From an uncultured virus (IMG/VR IMGVR_UViG_3300021401_000002) (lineage: Duplodnaviria > Heunggongvirae > Uroviricota > Caudoviricetes), in the IMG/VR virus record IMGVR_UViG_3300021401_000002: a stretch of 64,000 nucleotides of DNA; one strand, given 5' to 3'. Position 1 is the first letter of the stretch. The number at the start of each line of letters is the position of its first letter. This document shows, one piece after another, positions 53,668 through 61,410 of the stretch. Under the pieces are notes generated by a model. That model was not told the origin of the DNA. It did no database searches and saw only the letters and a program-made list of their open reading frames with translations. Made by a program: the position numbers and the translations under genes.

Positions 53668-55062
53668 TCACGTTCCACCTGCCTGATGATATTCCTCTAG
53701 TAGCTTCACGAGACTCACGGCCGCCACTTTGCAAAAGTCGTCGAGCGTTTGGTGAATGACGATCCCCACGCCTGGATCACTTTGTATCATGGCGCCGAGC
53801 ATGAGCGCCATGTGCGCAACGAGCGCAATGCCCTGATCCGACGCAGCGTCCTCGGAGCTCGACGCGTCTGCAATGGCATCCCAGAGCTGGAGCGGTCCGG
53901 GCTCGAGCGCCTCGCGGATCACGCCCTCCTTTCCACGAGCGCGCACGAGCGCGAAGAACGACGCTGTTTGAAGGGCCACCGAGAGCCGAAGCTTGTCGAG
54001 CTCCGACGGCTCGCCCTCCTCGACCTCTTCCGCCTCTGCCCCTACCTCTTCTGCCTCTGCCCCTACCTCTTCTGCCTCTGCGTCTTCGACCTTTGTGTCC
54101 GTTGGAACTTGACCAGACGCGGTCTCCGTCTTGGTCTCTGTTCCGGCCTCTGGCGACGTCTTCGGTTTTGCTCCGTTCACACCGTTTGCGCCATTCGTTT
54201 TCGGCTTGGAGGTTTTCGCTGCTCGCTTTTGCTCTTGATACCACTCGTTGAACTCGGGCGGCAGTGACTCGCCGCCTCGACGTTGCAACATCGACATAGC
54301 CATGACCATGAGCTTTGGACCGTGCTTTTCGAGGCCGGCGAAAATGCTATCGACAATCTTTTTCTTGAACGCTTCGGCCTCCTCGTCTGCCTTCTCCTTT
54401 TTCTTCTGTTCGTATTCGAGACCTCGGGCTGCAATTTCGATTTCACGAACAGCGGTCTCTTTGTCCGTATACGCCTGACGGACGCTGTCATGGTGAACCT
54501 CTCGCTTTTGGTAGATGTCGAGAAGATGCATCGTTCGATCGTCCAAACGCGCTTCTTTCTTAGAGACGTATTCCAAGACCGCAGGCATCAACCGTTCGGC
54601 GATGCCTGCCTCGAACTGGGCATTGAGACCGCCAGCACCAGCAGCGCCACCATACATTCCCATGGCCCGACTACCGGGACCAGACAAGACCATGGATTGT
54701 GTCTCTTGTCCGCCGTACACCTTGAACATGAAACGAGAGCGGTTGTCGTGGTCTTTGGAATGGAACGCGAGCTCGTAAATGATGTCGCCTGCGGGCTGAA
54801 ACGAAGCATCGTGACAGCAGACTCTCTCGACGATACGAACGACGGAATCGAGTGATATGTGAGGCCCTCGAAGATCTCGCTCGAACCACTCGCCTACGGG
54901 TTCGTCACGCATTCCGCCCTTGAGGCGGAGAGACATTCGAATGATCTTGCGCAGCGCAAGCTCGGCCTCATCGCCGACGAGCGGTTTCGAGTAGCAGAGC
55001 GCATCGTCGATCGCGTTCGAGACCTGCCTCTTCGTTTCGGCTGAGAATTCCAGGGTTGCCAT
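53668..55062 (-). CDS. Hypothetical protein, coiled-coil and acidic repeats
   Basis: 464 aa; AEAEEVG 21-bp tandem repeat near 54023-54081. Confidence 0.65.
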   Translation of the reverse strand: MATLEFSAETKRQVSNAIDDALCYSKPLVGDEAELALRKIIRMSLRLKGGMRDEPVGEWFERDLRGPHISLDSVVRIVERVCCHDASFQPAGDIIYELAFHSKDHDNRSRFMFKVYGGQETQSMVLSGPGSRAMGMYGGAAGAGGLNAQFEAGIAERLMPAVLEYVSKKEARLDDRTMHLLDIYQKREVHHDSVRQAYTDKETAVREIEIAARGLEYEQKKKEKADEEAEAFKKKIVDSIFAGLEKHGPKLMVMAMSMLQRRGGESLPPEFNEWYQEQKRAAKTSKPKTNGANGVNGAKPKTSPEAGTETKTETASGQVPTDTKVEDAEAEEVGAEAEEVGAEAEEVEEGEPSELDKLRLSVALQTASFFALVRARGKEGVIREALEPGPLQLWDAIADASSSEDAASDQGIALVAHMALMLGAMIQSDPGVGIVIHQTLDDFCKVAAVSLVKLLEEYHQAGGT

Positions 55063-55120
55063 AGCCCTACATTTACTACGTGACGCAAGCCTTGCCTAGC
55101 CGTCCTGTGAAGCAGTAGTA

Positions 55121-55930
55121 TTGACGAAGATGATGAACGCCAGCCTAAAACTGCGTTCCAAAACTAAACCGAAGCCGCGAGAGCGACTCACTTTAGAGGA
55201 ACAAACCCAAAAAGACATCGATGAAGGACTGCTTACGATCGAAGAAGCTACCGCCCAATTCAAGTTGCACAATATCAAAGGTCTGACTTGTTTAGAATCG
55301 GTCAGGCGAGCCATTGTCGGAAAGCGCATCTCAGCGACTAGAGCGCAATGGCCAGCTCGTGGATTTCGAATCAAGAAATCAGAAGTAGAATCCCTCATCA
55401 AAAAATTGAAACCCGAAGTCGAAAAAGCAGCGCAGGGAATTCATAAACAGCTCTACGATTTCTTTGCCGCTGACCCATTGCACACTCCCGTTCTCGCTGT
55501 CTTACAAGGTATTTCGACCTCCGCCGATGAAACCGAACGGATCTATCGGCTATTCAAAAGACATCAACCTACACTTCAAGCTTACAAAGCGAGACAAGCG
55601 CATCTGGAATGGGAAAACAAACAAACCGAAGCAGCCAAGCAAGAACCCCCATGCGAAGGCTGCAAGAGAACCCACTTCCAGGCGCGACATGAAAGCGCCA
55701 ATGTCGTCACCCAAGTTACTAGACGTCCACTCGACCCATGGTTACATGCAGGAACTCAGTTCGATGAATGGGAAATTGCAGCGCTCATCGATTTCAGAGA
55801 GAAGTGGCAATGCTCATCCTGCTTCATGTGGTTGCTCGGTGCTCCTGTCTCGAAAATGAAAGAGCTACTCGATGCTCAACGTCCAAAAGAGGTCTTGACA
55901 TCTACACCGCCCATCAGTGAAACAGGATAA
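55121..55930 (+). CDS. Possible DNA-binding protein (excisionase-like HTH plus Zn ribbon)
   Basis: LLTIEEAT...VRRAIVGKRISA...FRIKKSEV; CEGC...CSSC. Confidence 0.5.
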   Translation: MTKMMNASLKLRSKTKPKPRERLTLEEQTQKDIDEGLLTIEEATAQFKLHNIKGLTCLESVRRAIVGKRISATRAQWPARGFRIKKSEVESLIKKLKPEVEKAAQGIHKQLYDFFAADPLHTPVLAVLQGISTSADETERIYRLFKRHQPTLQAYKARQAHLEWENKQTEAAKQEPPCEGCKRTHFQARHESANVVTQVTRRPLDPWLHAGTQFDEWEIAALIDFREKWQCSSCFMWLLGAPVSKMKELLDAQRPKEVLTSTPPISETG

Positions 55931-55953
55931 CGCTTTCAAAGAGGTCCAATTCC

Positions 55954-56667
55954 ATGCAATCGCCCCCGCCCCCGCAACAGCCTCCCTACGGTAACCCGCA
56001 GCAGCCGCCATTTGGCGGTCCACCGCACCGTCGTCCTCAGATCTTTGCTCCCATCGCGAGCCTCGCAGAGCTCAAAGACCAAAGCGAAGGTCGCATCCTT
56101 CGTTACGGCGAAGAGATTCGTGGTCGAAGACGCGTGCTCCAGAGGCTTCAAAATGAATGTGGCAACCTCGCCAACGCCGCTCACCACGCGATGCAAGATC
56201 CGCAGATGACCCCCGAGCAAAGGGCGCGCGCTGCCGCCGACGTCGACATGCTCGGCAAGTGGTACGCTGTCGTTGGTCAAGCGCTCGAGATCAACAAACA
56301 GTACCTCGAAGACATCGTCCAAACCGAGTTCGTTCTGCAAGGCATCGCTCAGCGCTGGGTTGCGGGCATGCCGCCTGATCCGAGCCTGCTCGAACCGCTC
56401 ACAGGCTCGCAGCCGCAGCCACAGCCACAGCCGCAACAGCAACAGCAACAGCAGCAACAGCAGCAAAACGCGCCAGAGCCTGAGCCCCAGCACTACGCGG
56501 CTTCTCCACCCGTAACTCAAGCTCAGGCTCCTGCGGCCCCTCATCGTATCGTACCCATGCCGCGAGCCGCTGCCATCGCACCACGTCAGCCTGTGCAAGA
56601 ACAGCAACAATCGCCCGAAGAGCCTGCGAAAACGAACAGCGGCAGCGAGCCGCGGACGGCATCGTAG
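55954..56667 (+). CDS. Pro/Gln-rich coiled-coil protein
   Basis: 237 aa, poly-Q. Confidence 0.6.
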   Translation: MQSPPPPQQPPYGNPQQPPFGGPPHRRPQIFAPIASLAELKDQSEGRILRYGEEIRGRRRVLQRLQNECGNLANAAHHAMQDPQMTPEQRARAAADVDMLGKWYAVVGQALEINKQYLEDIVQTEFVLQGIAQRWVAGMPPDPSLLEPLTGSQPQPQPQPQQQQQQQQQQQNAPEPEPQHYAASPPVTQAQAPAAPHRIVPMPRAAAIAPRQPVQEQQQSPEEPAKTNSGSEPRTAS

Positions 56668-56714
56668 ACCGTTTTCCGTCAAAGGCGTATCATGAGGAAC
56701 GAAAGTAGGTTCCC

Positions 56715-56921
56715 ATGGCTGTCGTCGGACTTCTCACGCTCATCGTCTGCATCCTCGGCCTCGTCGTCTATCTGTCTCTCACCTCCTTCTCTAGAGCGAC
56801 CTTCACCGACGTCGCTCGCATCTGTTTTGCGGCTGGGCTCTTGGCCTTCCTCATGAGTCAGGGCGCCTCGAGTTGCTCCATGGGCACCAGCGGCGCTTCC
56901 TCGAGCAGCCAGCATCGATAA
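56715..56921 (+). CDS. Small two-TM protein
   Basis: Two hydrophobic helices. Confidence 0.5.
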   Translation: MAVVGLLTLIVCILGLVVYLSLTSFSRATFTDVARICFAAGLLAFLMSQGASSCSMGTSGASSSSQHR

Positions 56922-56937
56922 GAAGAGAGAAAGAGGC

Positions 56938-57141
56938 ATGCCGCTCATTCATCGCTGCACCCAAGCCGCGTTCGAAAAGAACGTTCGCACCCTTCATCAC
57001 GAAAATCGCACGAGGCGAAGAAAGCGAAGCGCGAAGCAAATCCTCGCTATCGCCTACTCCACCGCTCGCCGCGCCGCCGCGTTCTACAGGAAGAGACCCG
57101 CGTGGCTATTCCGCCGTGCCACTCACCGAACAACGCGATGA
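56938..57141 (+). CDS. Small basic phage protein
   Basis: MPL...KQILAIAYSTARR pattern. Confidence 0.55.
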   Translation: MPLIHRCTQAAFEKNVRTLHHENRTRRRKRSAKQILAIAYSTARRAAAFYRKRPAWLFRRATHRTTR

Positions 57142-57674
57142 CCTCTTCATTTTCTTCTCCGTCACCCGACCTGGAGTCCGTGTACTACTCGCCCAGAAGA
57201 GCTCGCCCAGTTCCGAACCCTCCGCGTGCGACGTTCGACGCCGATCGCATCATCAGCGGAAAACCTCCTACTCAGCAAGGATCGCTCTGGCAAGGCGCTG
57301 CGAGCACCGTTCACACGGCCGACATGCACGGCTTCGACGTCGTCGTACTCTGCGCGCAAGAGTTCCAGCCCATCCTTCCGCGTTCCATCGAGGTCATTCG
57401 TTTTCTGAGTGACGACTGCGAGCTCACGATGCCCCATCTCAAGGAAGCAGCCTTTGTCAGTGGAAAGGTCGAGCGCCGCGTACGAGCCGGAAAACATGTA
57501 CTATGCACGTGTTTTGCGGGTTTCAACCGCAGCGGGCTCGTCGTCGCGCTCGCGACGATGAAGCTCACGAAGAAGCCCGGGCGTGAAGTTGTAGACCACA
57601 TCCAACGCAGACGCGAAGGCGCGCTTTGCAACGAGAGCTTCGCTCGAGCGCTCCGCAGGCTGAGAGCGGTTTGA
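57138..57674 (+). CDS. Dual-specificity/PTP-family phosphatase
   Basis: CX5R motif CFAGFNRS. Confidence 0.8.
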   Translation: MTSSFSSPSPDLESVYYSPRRARPVPNPPRATFDADRIISGKPPTQQGSLWQGAASTVHTADMHGFDVVVLCAQEFQPILPRSIEVIRFLSDDCELTMPHLKEAAFVSGKVERRVRAGKHVLCTCFAGFNRSGLVVALATMKLTKKPGREVVDHIQRRREGALCNESFARALRRLRAV

Positions 57675-57675
57675 C

Positions 57676-57996
57676 GTGAGCGCTGAAGAAGAGATCGATA
57701 GCTACCTTGCACGGTCGCCGATTCAAGACTTAGAAGACTTAGAAGACTGGGACAGGAAATACTTCCAGCACTTCATCCAACGCCTACGCGACCATAAAGG
57801 TCCTAAATTATTCATCGTCGACTTCCAAGAAGTTCCCATGCTTATGAAGATACCTGGATGTCTCAGAATGGAAGGAACGCATATCGGAAACTACCGCATT
57901 TATATCTTCGGCGTACCGTGCGAACTTGAAATGCCAACTTGGATTAGCCAAGGACCGGACCGTCCTGAATACATCATAAAAGAACGCAAACCATGA
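57676..57996 (+). CDS. Hypothetical protein
   Basis: 106 aa, lower GC. Confidence 0.5.
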   Translation: MSAEEEIDSYLARSPIQDLEDLEDWDRKYFQHFIQRLRDHKGPKLFIVDFQEVPMLMKIPGCLRMEGTHIGNYRIYIFGVPCELEMPTWISQGPDRPEYIIKERKP

Positions 57997-58619
57997 GCGC
58001 CGCCCAAACAACTGATAGTAGTCTCAATGGCTGCGACGAGCCATGCAATCGTCGACGCGACTGGGTCGATGTCGGGAGCGCTAAGCAGCTCGCGCTCTAC
58101 GAAGCCGATCCCAACTACTCGGGACGCCCAGTCGTCTACGACTTCGAAGACCAAGAGGTCGAGCCTCAAGCGATTCTTCCAGGGCTTCGCAAGGATGTGG
58201 GGTTTGCGAAGAGGTCTTTCCGGAAATGGAAGGACGACAAGGGCCAAGTCATCGAGAAGGCCCCGCGCTACAAAGGCGCGACTTTCTACTCAAAACTCAT
58301 TCTCCTTCCGACCGATGTGCACGGCAAACCCCTCAGGCTCGGCAACTTCCAGGTGATGCTCCACGGGAGCAGCAGCTACATCGTCTGCGACTGGTCCAAG
58401 CCGCTCGGCGAAAACGTCGTCTACGTCTCGTCGAAGGGATTTCGCGACGCCTGCATCCTCTGCGGCATGTTCCATCGCTGGGAGCGCTGGCAAGGACCGC
58501 TCCGTAGAAACCAATCACGACACAAGGCCGTCTTCGGCCGCGAAGCAAAACCGAAGCCGCCGCCTCCGCCCGAAGCACCCGATGCCGACGATCTTGGCGA
58601 GGACGTCACTTTGCGCTAA
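57993..58619 (+). CDS. Hypothetical protein with in-frame CRISPR repeat near its N-terminus
   Basis: ATGA coupling; strong codon bias after the repeat. Confidence 0.6.
   Translation: MSAAQTTDSSLNGCDEPCNRRRDWVDVGSAKQLALYEADPNYSGRPVVYDFEDQEVEPQAILPGLRKDVGFAKRSFRKWKDDKGQVIEKAPRYKGATFYSKLILLPTDVHGKPLRLGNFQVMLHGSSSYIVCDWSKPLGENVVYVSSKGFRDACILCGMFHRWERWQGPLRRNQSRHKAVFGREAKPKPPPPPEAPDADDLGEDVTLR
58021..58056 (+). CRISPR. Solitary CRISPR repeat
   Basis: 35/36 identity to the array repeat; mismatch in the hairpin loop. Confidence 0.95.
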
Positions 58620-58648
58620 GTTTTGGACAAGGAGTCTTCGATACTAAC

Positions 58649-59001
58649 GGGAGCGAAATGGTTTCGACAGTGAGAGGAAGATCCCATCTGCGTATGAGCG
58701 GCGCTCGATCCGGTCTGACCAATCGAGCAAGCCCAATTGCGAACGACAACGCAATCGCGAACGCGGCCTAAGAACCGCTTCGCCATCAATGACGTAGACG
58801 ACTCGGTATCGTCATTGGTGTGAACCCAACAGAGTCACCATTACCCATTACGAGCGCGAGTCTCGCAAAACCTCGCTGGTGGACGGTGAAAATCGGGAAA
58901 CCGATTCAGCCCCTTCTGTCGGTGGAGCCAATCACCGAATATGTACGTAGATGATGGGATACGAAACTTGCTGGACCTGGGTTCGATTCCCAGCGCTTCC
59001 A
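58649..59001 (+). ncRNA. ssrA: tmRNA
   Basis: GGGAGCG/CGCTTCC acceptor with G3:U70, TTCGAC near the 5' end, T arm GGTTCGATTCC, tag ORF ANDNAIANAA-stop at 58739-58771. Confidence 0.95.
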
Positions 59002-59200
59002 CTAAGTTGTAGAATACAAATAACCTTGAAGTACTTCTTCAAGTCCGTGAAAATTTGGCAGACCTTTTCGGCCGTCGGGACGAATCGTCAAAGAGCAGAA
59101 CCTGACGCAGAGGACTTGCCCATTTTCGATCGGCTGTGGCATACAGGTTACTCGCCTTTCACGCGTCCGATACGCGAACGCGGACTGACAATACCCACAG

Positions 59201-59239
59201 AAAAAAGGCCCACTGGCTCCGCGACGAGCACAGTGGGCC
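59201..59239 (-). terminator. Intrinsic terminator on the minus strand
   Basis: GGCCCACTG/CAGTGGGCC stem followed by T6. Confidence 0.7.
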
Positions 59240-59251
59240 AGGAGAGCGTTC

Positions 59252-59878
59252 ATGCCGCTCGACCCGTGCAATATACAGTCTTCCTCTTTGGCGTCAACAC
59301 CTCTCGTCTCCTTCGATTCCGAAGCCAAGAGCGAGGTCAGAGCCAAACCCAAAGGCAGAGCAAACGGCAAGCTCAAGGTCAACGGCATTCACAAGAACGG
59401 CATCCACGGCAACTCGACGCCGATCCCATACGTGCCCGTCGAACCGCGGCCGAATTCGAAAGCTCCGCCGAGCAACGGCATAAAAGCCTCCTCCACAGGT
59501 AAGTGTTCGAGCTGCGGGCGCAAAAACGTGCTCGTCTCGATGCCGCCGATGTGCCGCTGCATCGACCATTCCACTTGTGAGGAGGTTCGAAAGCTCATCG
59601 GCCTCATGCGCTCCGGGAAGCCAATCCCAGTGACGAAACGCGCCGTTGTCGTCACGAAGAGACACGGTGTCCCGTACTACTTGAAAACGGTCTATTATAA
59701 GACGCGCGAGCTCGTCGCGGGCGAAATCGTGAACGCTCCCACCGCCAATCGCATCGTCGAGAAGACGATCGGCGAGGCGCTCGAGCTTGTGCGCGAGAAG
59801 AACGAGGCGACGAAGTTCCCGCCCGACAAGGCCAACCAGCTCGCCGCCATCTGGGGCGCCGTGGCGAAGGAGGTCTAG
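59252..59878 (+). CDS. Hypothetical protein with Cys motif
   Basis: SD GGAG; CSSCG...CRC. Confidence 0.6.
   Translation: MPLDPCNIQSSSLASTPLVSFDSEAKSEVRAKPKGRANGKLKVNGIHKNGIHGNSTPIPYVPVEPRPNSKAPPSNGIKASSTGKCSSCGRKNVLVSMPPMCRCIDHSTCEEVRKLIGLMRSGKPIPVTKRAVVVTKRHGVPYYLKTVYYKTRELVAGEIVNAPTANRIVEKTIGEALELVREKNEATKFPPDKANQLAAIWGAVAKEV
59270..59297 (-). promoter_or_regulatory. Antisense sigma70-like promoter
   Basis: TTGACG-16-TATATT. Confidence 0.5.
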
Positions 59879-59880
59879 CG

Positions 59881-60153
59881 ATGGTCGGCATAGGCTTCAG
59901 TGCCACCATCACTGGGGACACGACGTTCGGCGAGGTCGATAAGCGTCTCGCCCAAAGCAGGCTCCGGGTCCTGAGCCTCGCGTGGCAAGGCGAAGACGAA
60001 ACGTACTCCGTTCGCCTCGGCTACCACCAGTCCAGGTTCAAACACATCTACTTCGGCACCGGAAAGACGCTGCACGCGGCGATCACGAGCGCGCTCAACG
60101 AGTACGTCATCCACCAAGCCAACACGTACTGCCGCGAACGCACGCAGCCATGA
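59881..60153 (+). CDS. Hypothetical protein
   Basis: SD AGGAGG. Confidence 0.6.
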   Translation: MVGIGFSATITGDTTFGEVDKRLAQSRLRVLSLAWQGEDETYSVRLGYHQSRFKHIYFGTGKTLHAAITSALNEYVIHQANTYCRERTQP

Positions 60154-60368
60154 CAACTGTGCTGCTCTTCAAGACGACGGGACCAAACCACCTTGCTGCG
60201 CGATTACATTCGGATACATGCCAGATGCTTCGAACAGCGAAGCGCGGCAGTTCTGTAAAACGCATCGACAGTCCAACCAAAGAAGACATCGATGATCTCA
60301 ATGAACGCGGCTTTCCGGTTGGCGTTTGCAAGTGTCTCAGAAGCCAAACTGTAATCGCTAAGCTGTGA
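60150..60368 (+). CDS. Small protein with HxxxC...CxC metal motif
   Basis: LHSDTC...VCKC. Confidence 0.5.
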   Translation: MTTVLLFKTTGPNHLAARLHSDTCQMLRTAKRGSSVKRIDSPTKEDIDDLNERGFPVGVCKCLRSQTVIAKL

Positions 60369-60372
60369 CCTC

Positions 60373-61410
60373 TTGAGCGTCTCGAACCGCGCTCGCCTTC
60401 AACGCCTTGCCCGTGAGCAAGGTAGCAAAGCCGCGGCAGCGCGCGCACTGAAAGTCTCCGCGAGCGCCGTACGTCGATGGCTCGAGCGCGGCGTGCCCGA
60501 TGCGGTCAAGACCCTCCTCAAGCGCAAGACCAAGAAGTACTACGAGCCGCCGAAGCCGAAGGCCAAGACGAAGGCCAGGGCCAAGGCCAAACCTCAACAG
60601 GCGCAGTCAAAAGCCTCTGCCAAAAAACTGTCAGCCAAAGACAGTTTCATCCTCAAGTCACTTGAGCGTAACCACCTCCAGCCGAGTACTCGAAAAAAGT
60701 ACCTCAAAGAGCTGAGCGCCAACGCACGCAAAGTCCTCGCAGCAAAAACACCGTCGGAACCAAAGACTAAGCCAAAAAAGAAACTCACCGAACAAGACCT
60801 CTTCATCCTGAGCTCGTGGAGCGATCTCAGCGAAGACGTTCAGCAGAAATATTTCAAAAAGCTCTCTCCGCTGGGCAAGGCACGCATTCGAAAGCAGGAA
60901 CGCGAACATGCCAAAGAACTCGAACAAGACGAGCGAGCCCGAGCAGCAGCGGAAGAAGAACGAAGAAAAATACCGACTCCTGAAAGGATGCTGCGGGACC
61001 TCGACAATGCACTCAATGATGAAGCCTGGAAAGCGATTCGAGAAGAGGTTCGATTCGACAAGCACATCACTGAGCCAATAGTAATTCAAAAAGACGAAGA
61101 CCTTGCAGAAGCATCCATAAAAGCTTCCGTGATCCCTGATGAAAACCGTACCGTCAGAAACCCAAATCGCTTTTACACTGTAATCGCAGCTGTCACTCAA
61201 TACCCACCTGACGGGGACTACAGCCAAAAACCTGTAAAAAGCAAAACGCCTCTTACCATGTTCTATTTCAGTACAGAATCTGTGAATTCGGAAGACAAGC
61301 TCCCCGAAGCTATTGCAAAAGCCATCAACAACATTCGCGGCATGCTTCCAGGAAATGCACCCATCGCTATTGTGGGTACGCACGTGAGAATGGCGCGGGC
61401 AAAAACATGA
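60373..61410 (+). CDS. Basic protein with N-terminal HTH; candidate terminal protein
   Basis: AAARALKVSASAVRRW; TGA overlaps the polymerase ATG. Confidence 0.6.
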   Translation: MSVSNRARLQRLAREQGSKAAAARALKVSASAVRRWLERGVPDAVKTLLKRKTKKYYEPPKPKAKTKARAKAKPQQAQSKASAKKLSAKDSFILKSLERNHLQPSTRKKYLKELSANARKVLAAKTPSEPKTKPKKKLTEQDLFILSSWSDLSEDVQQKYFKKLSPLGKARIRKQEREHAKELEQDERARAAAEEERRKIPTPERMLRDLDNALNDEAWKAIREEVRFDKHITEPIVIQKDEDLAEASIKASVIPDENRTVRNPNRFYTVIAAVTQYPPDGDYSQKPVKSKTPLTMFYFSTESVNSEDKLPEAIAKAINNIRGMLPGNAPIAIVGTHVRMARAKT

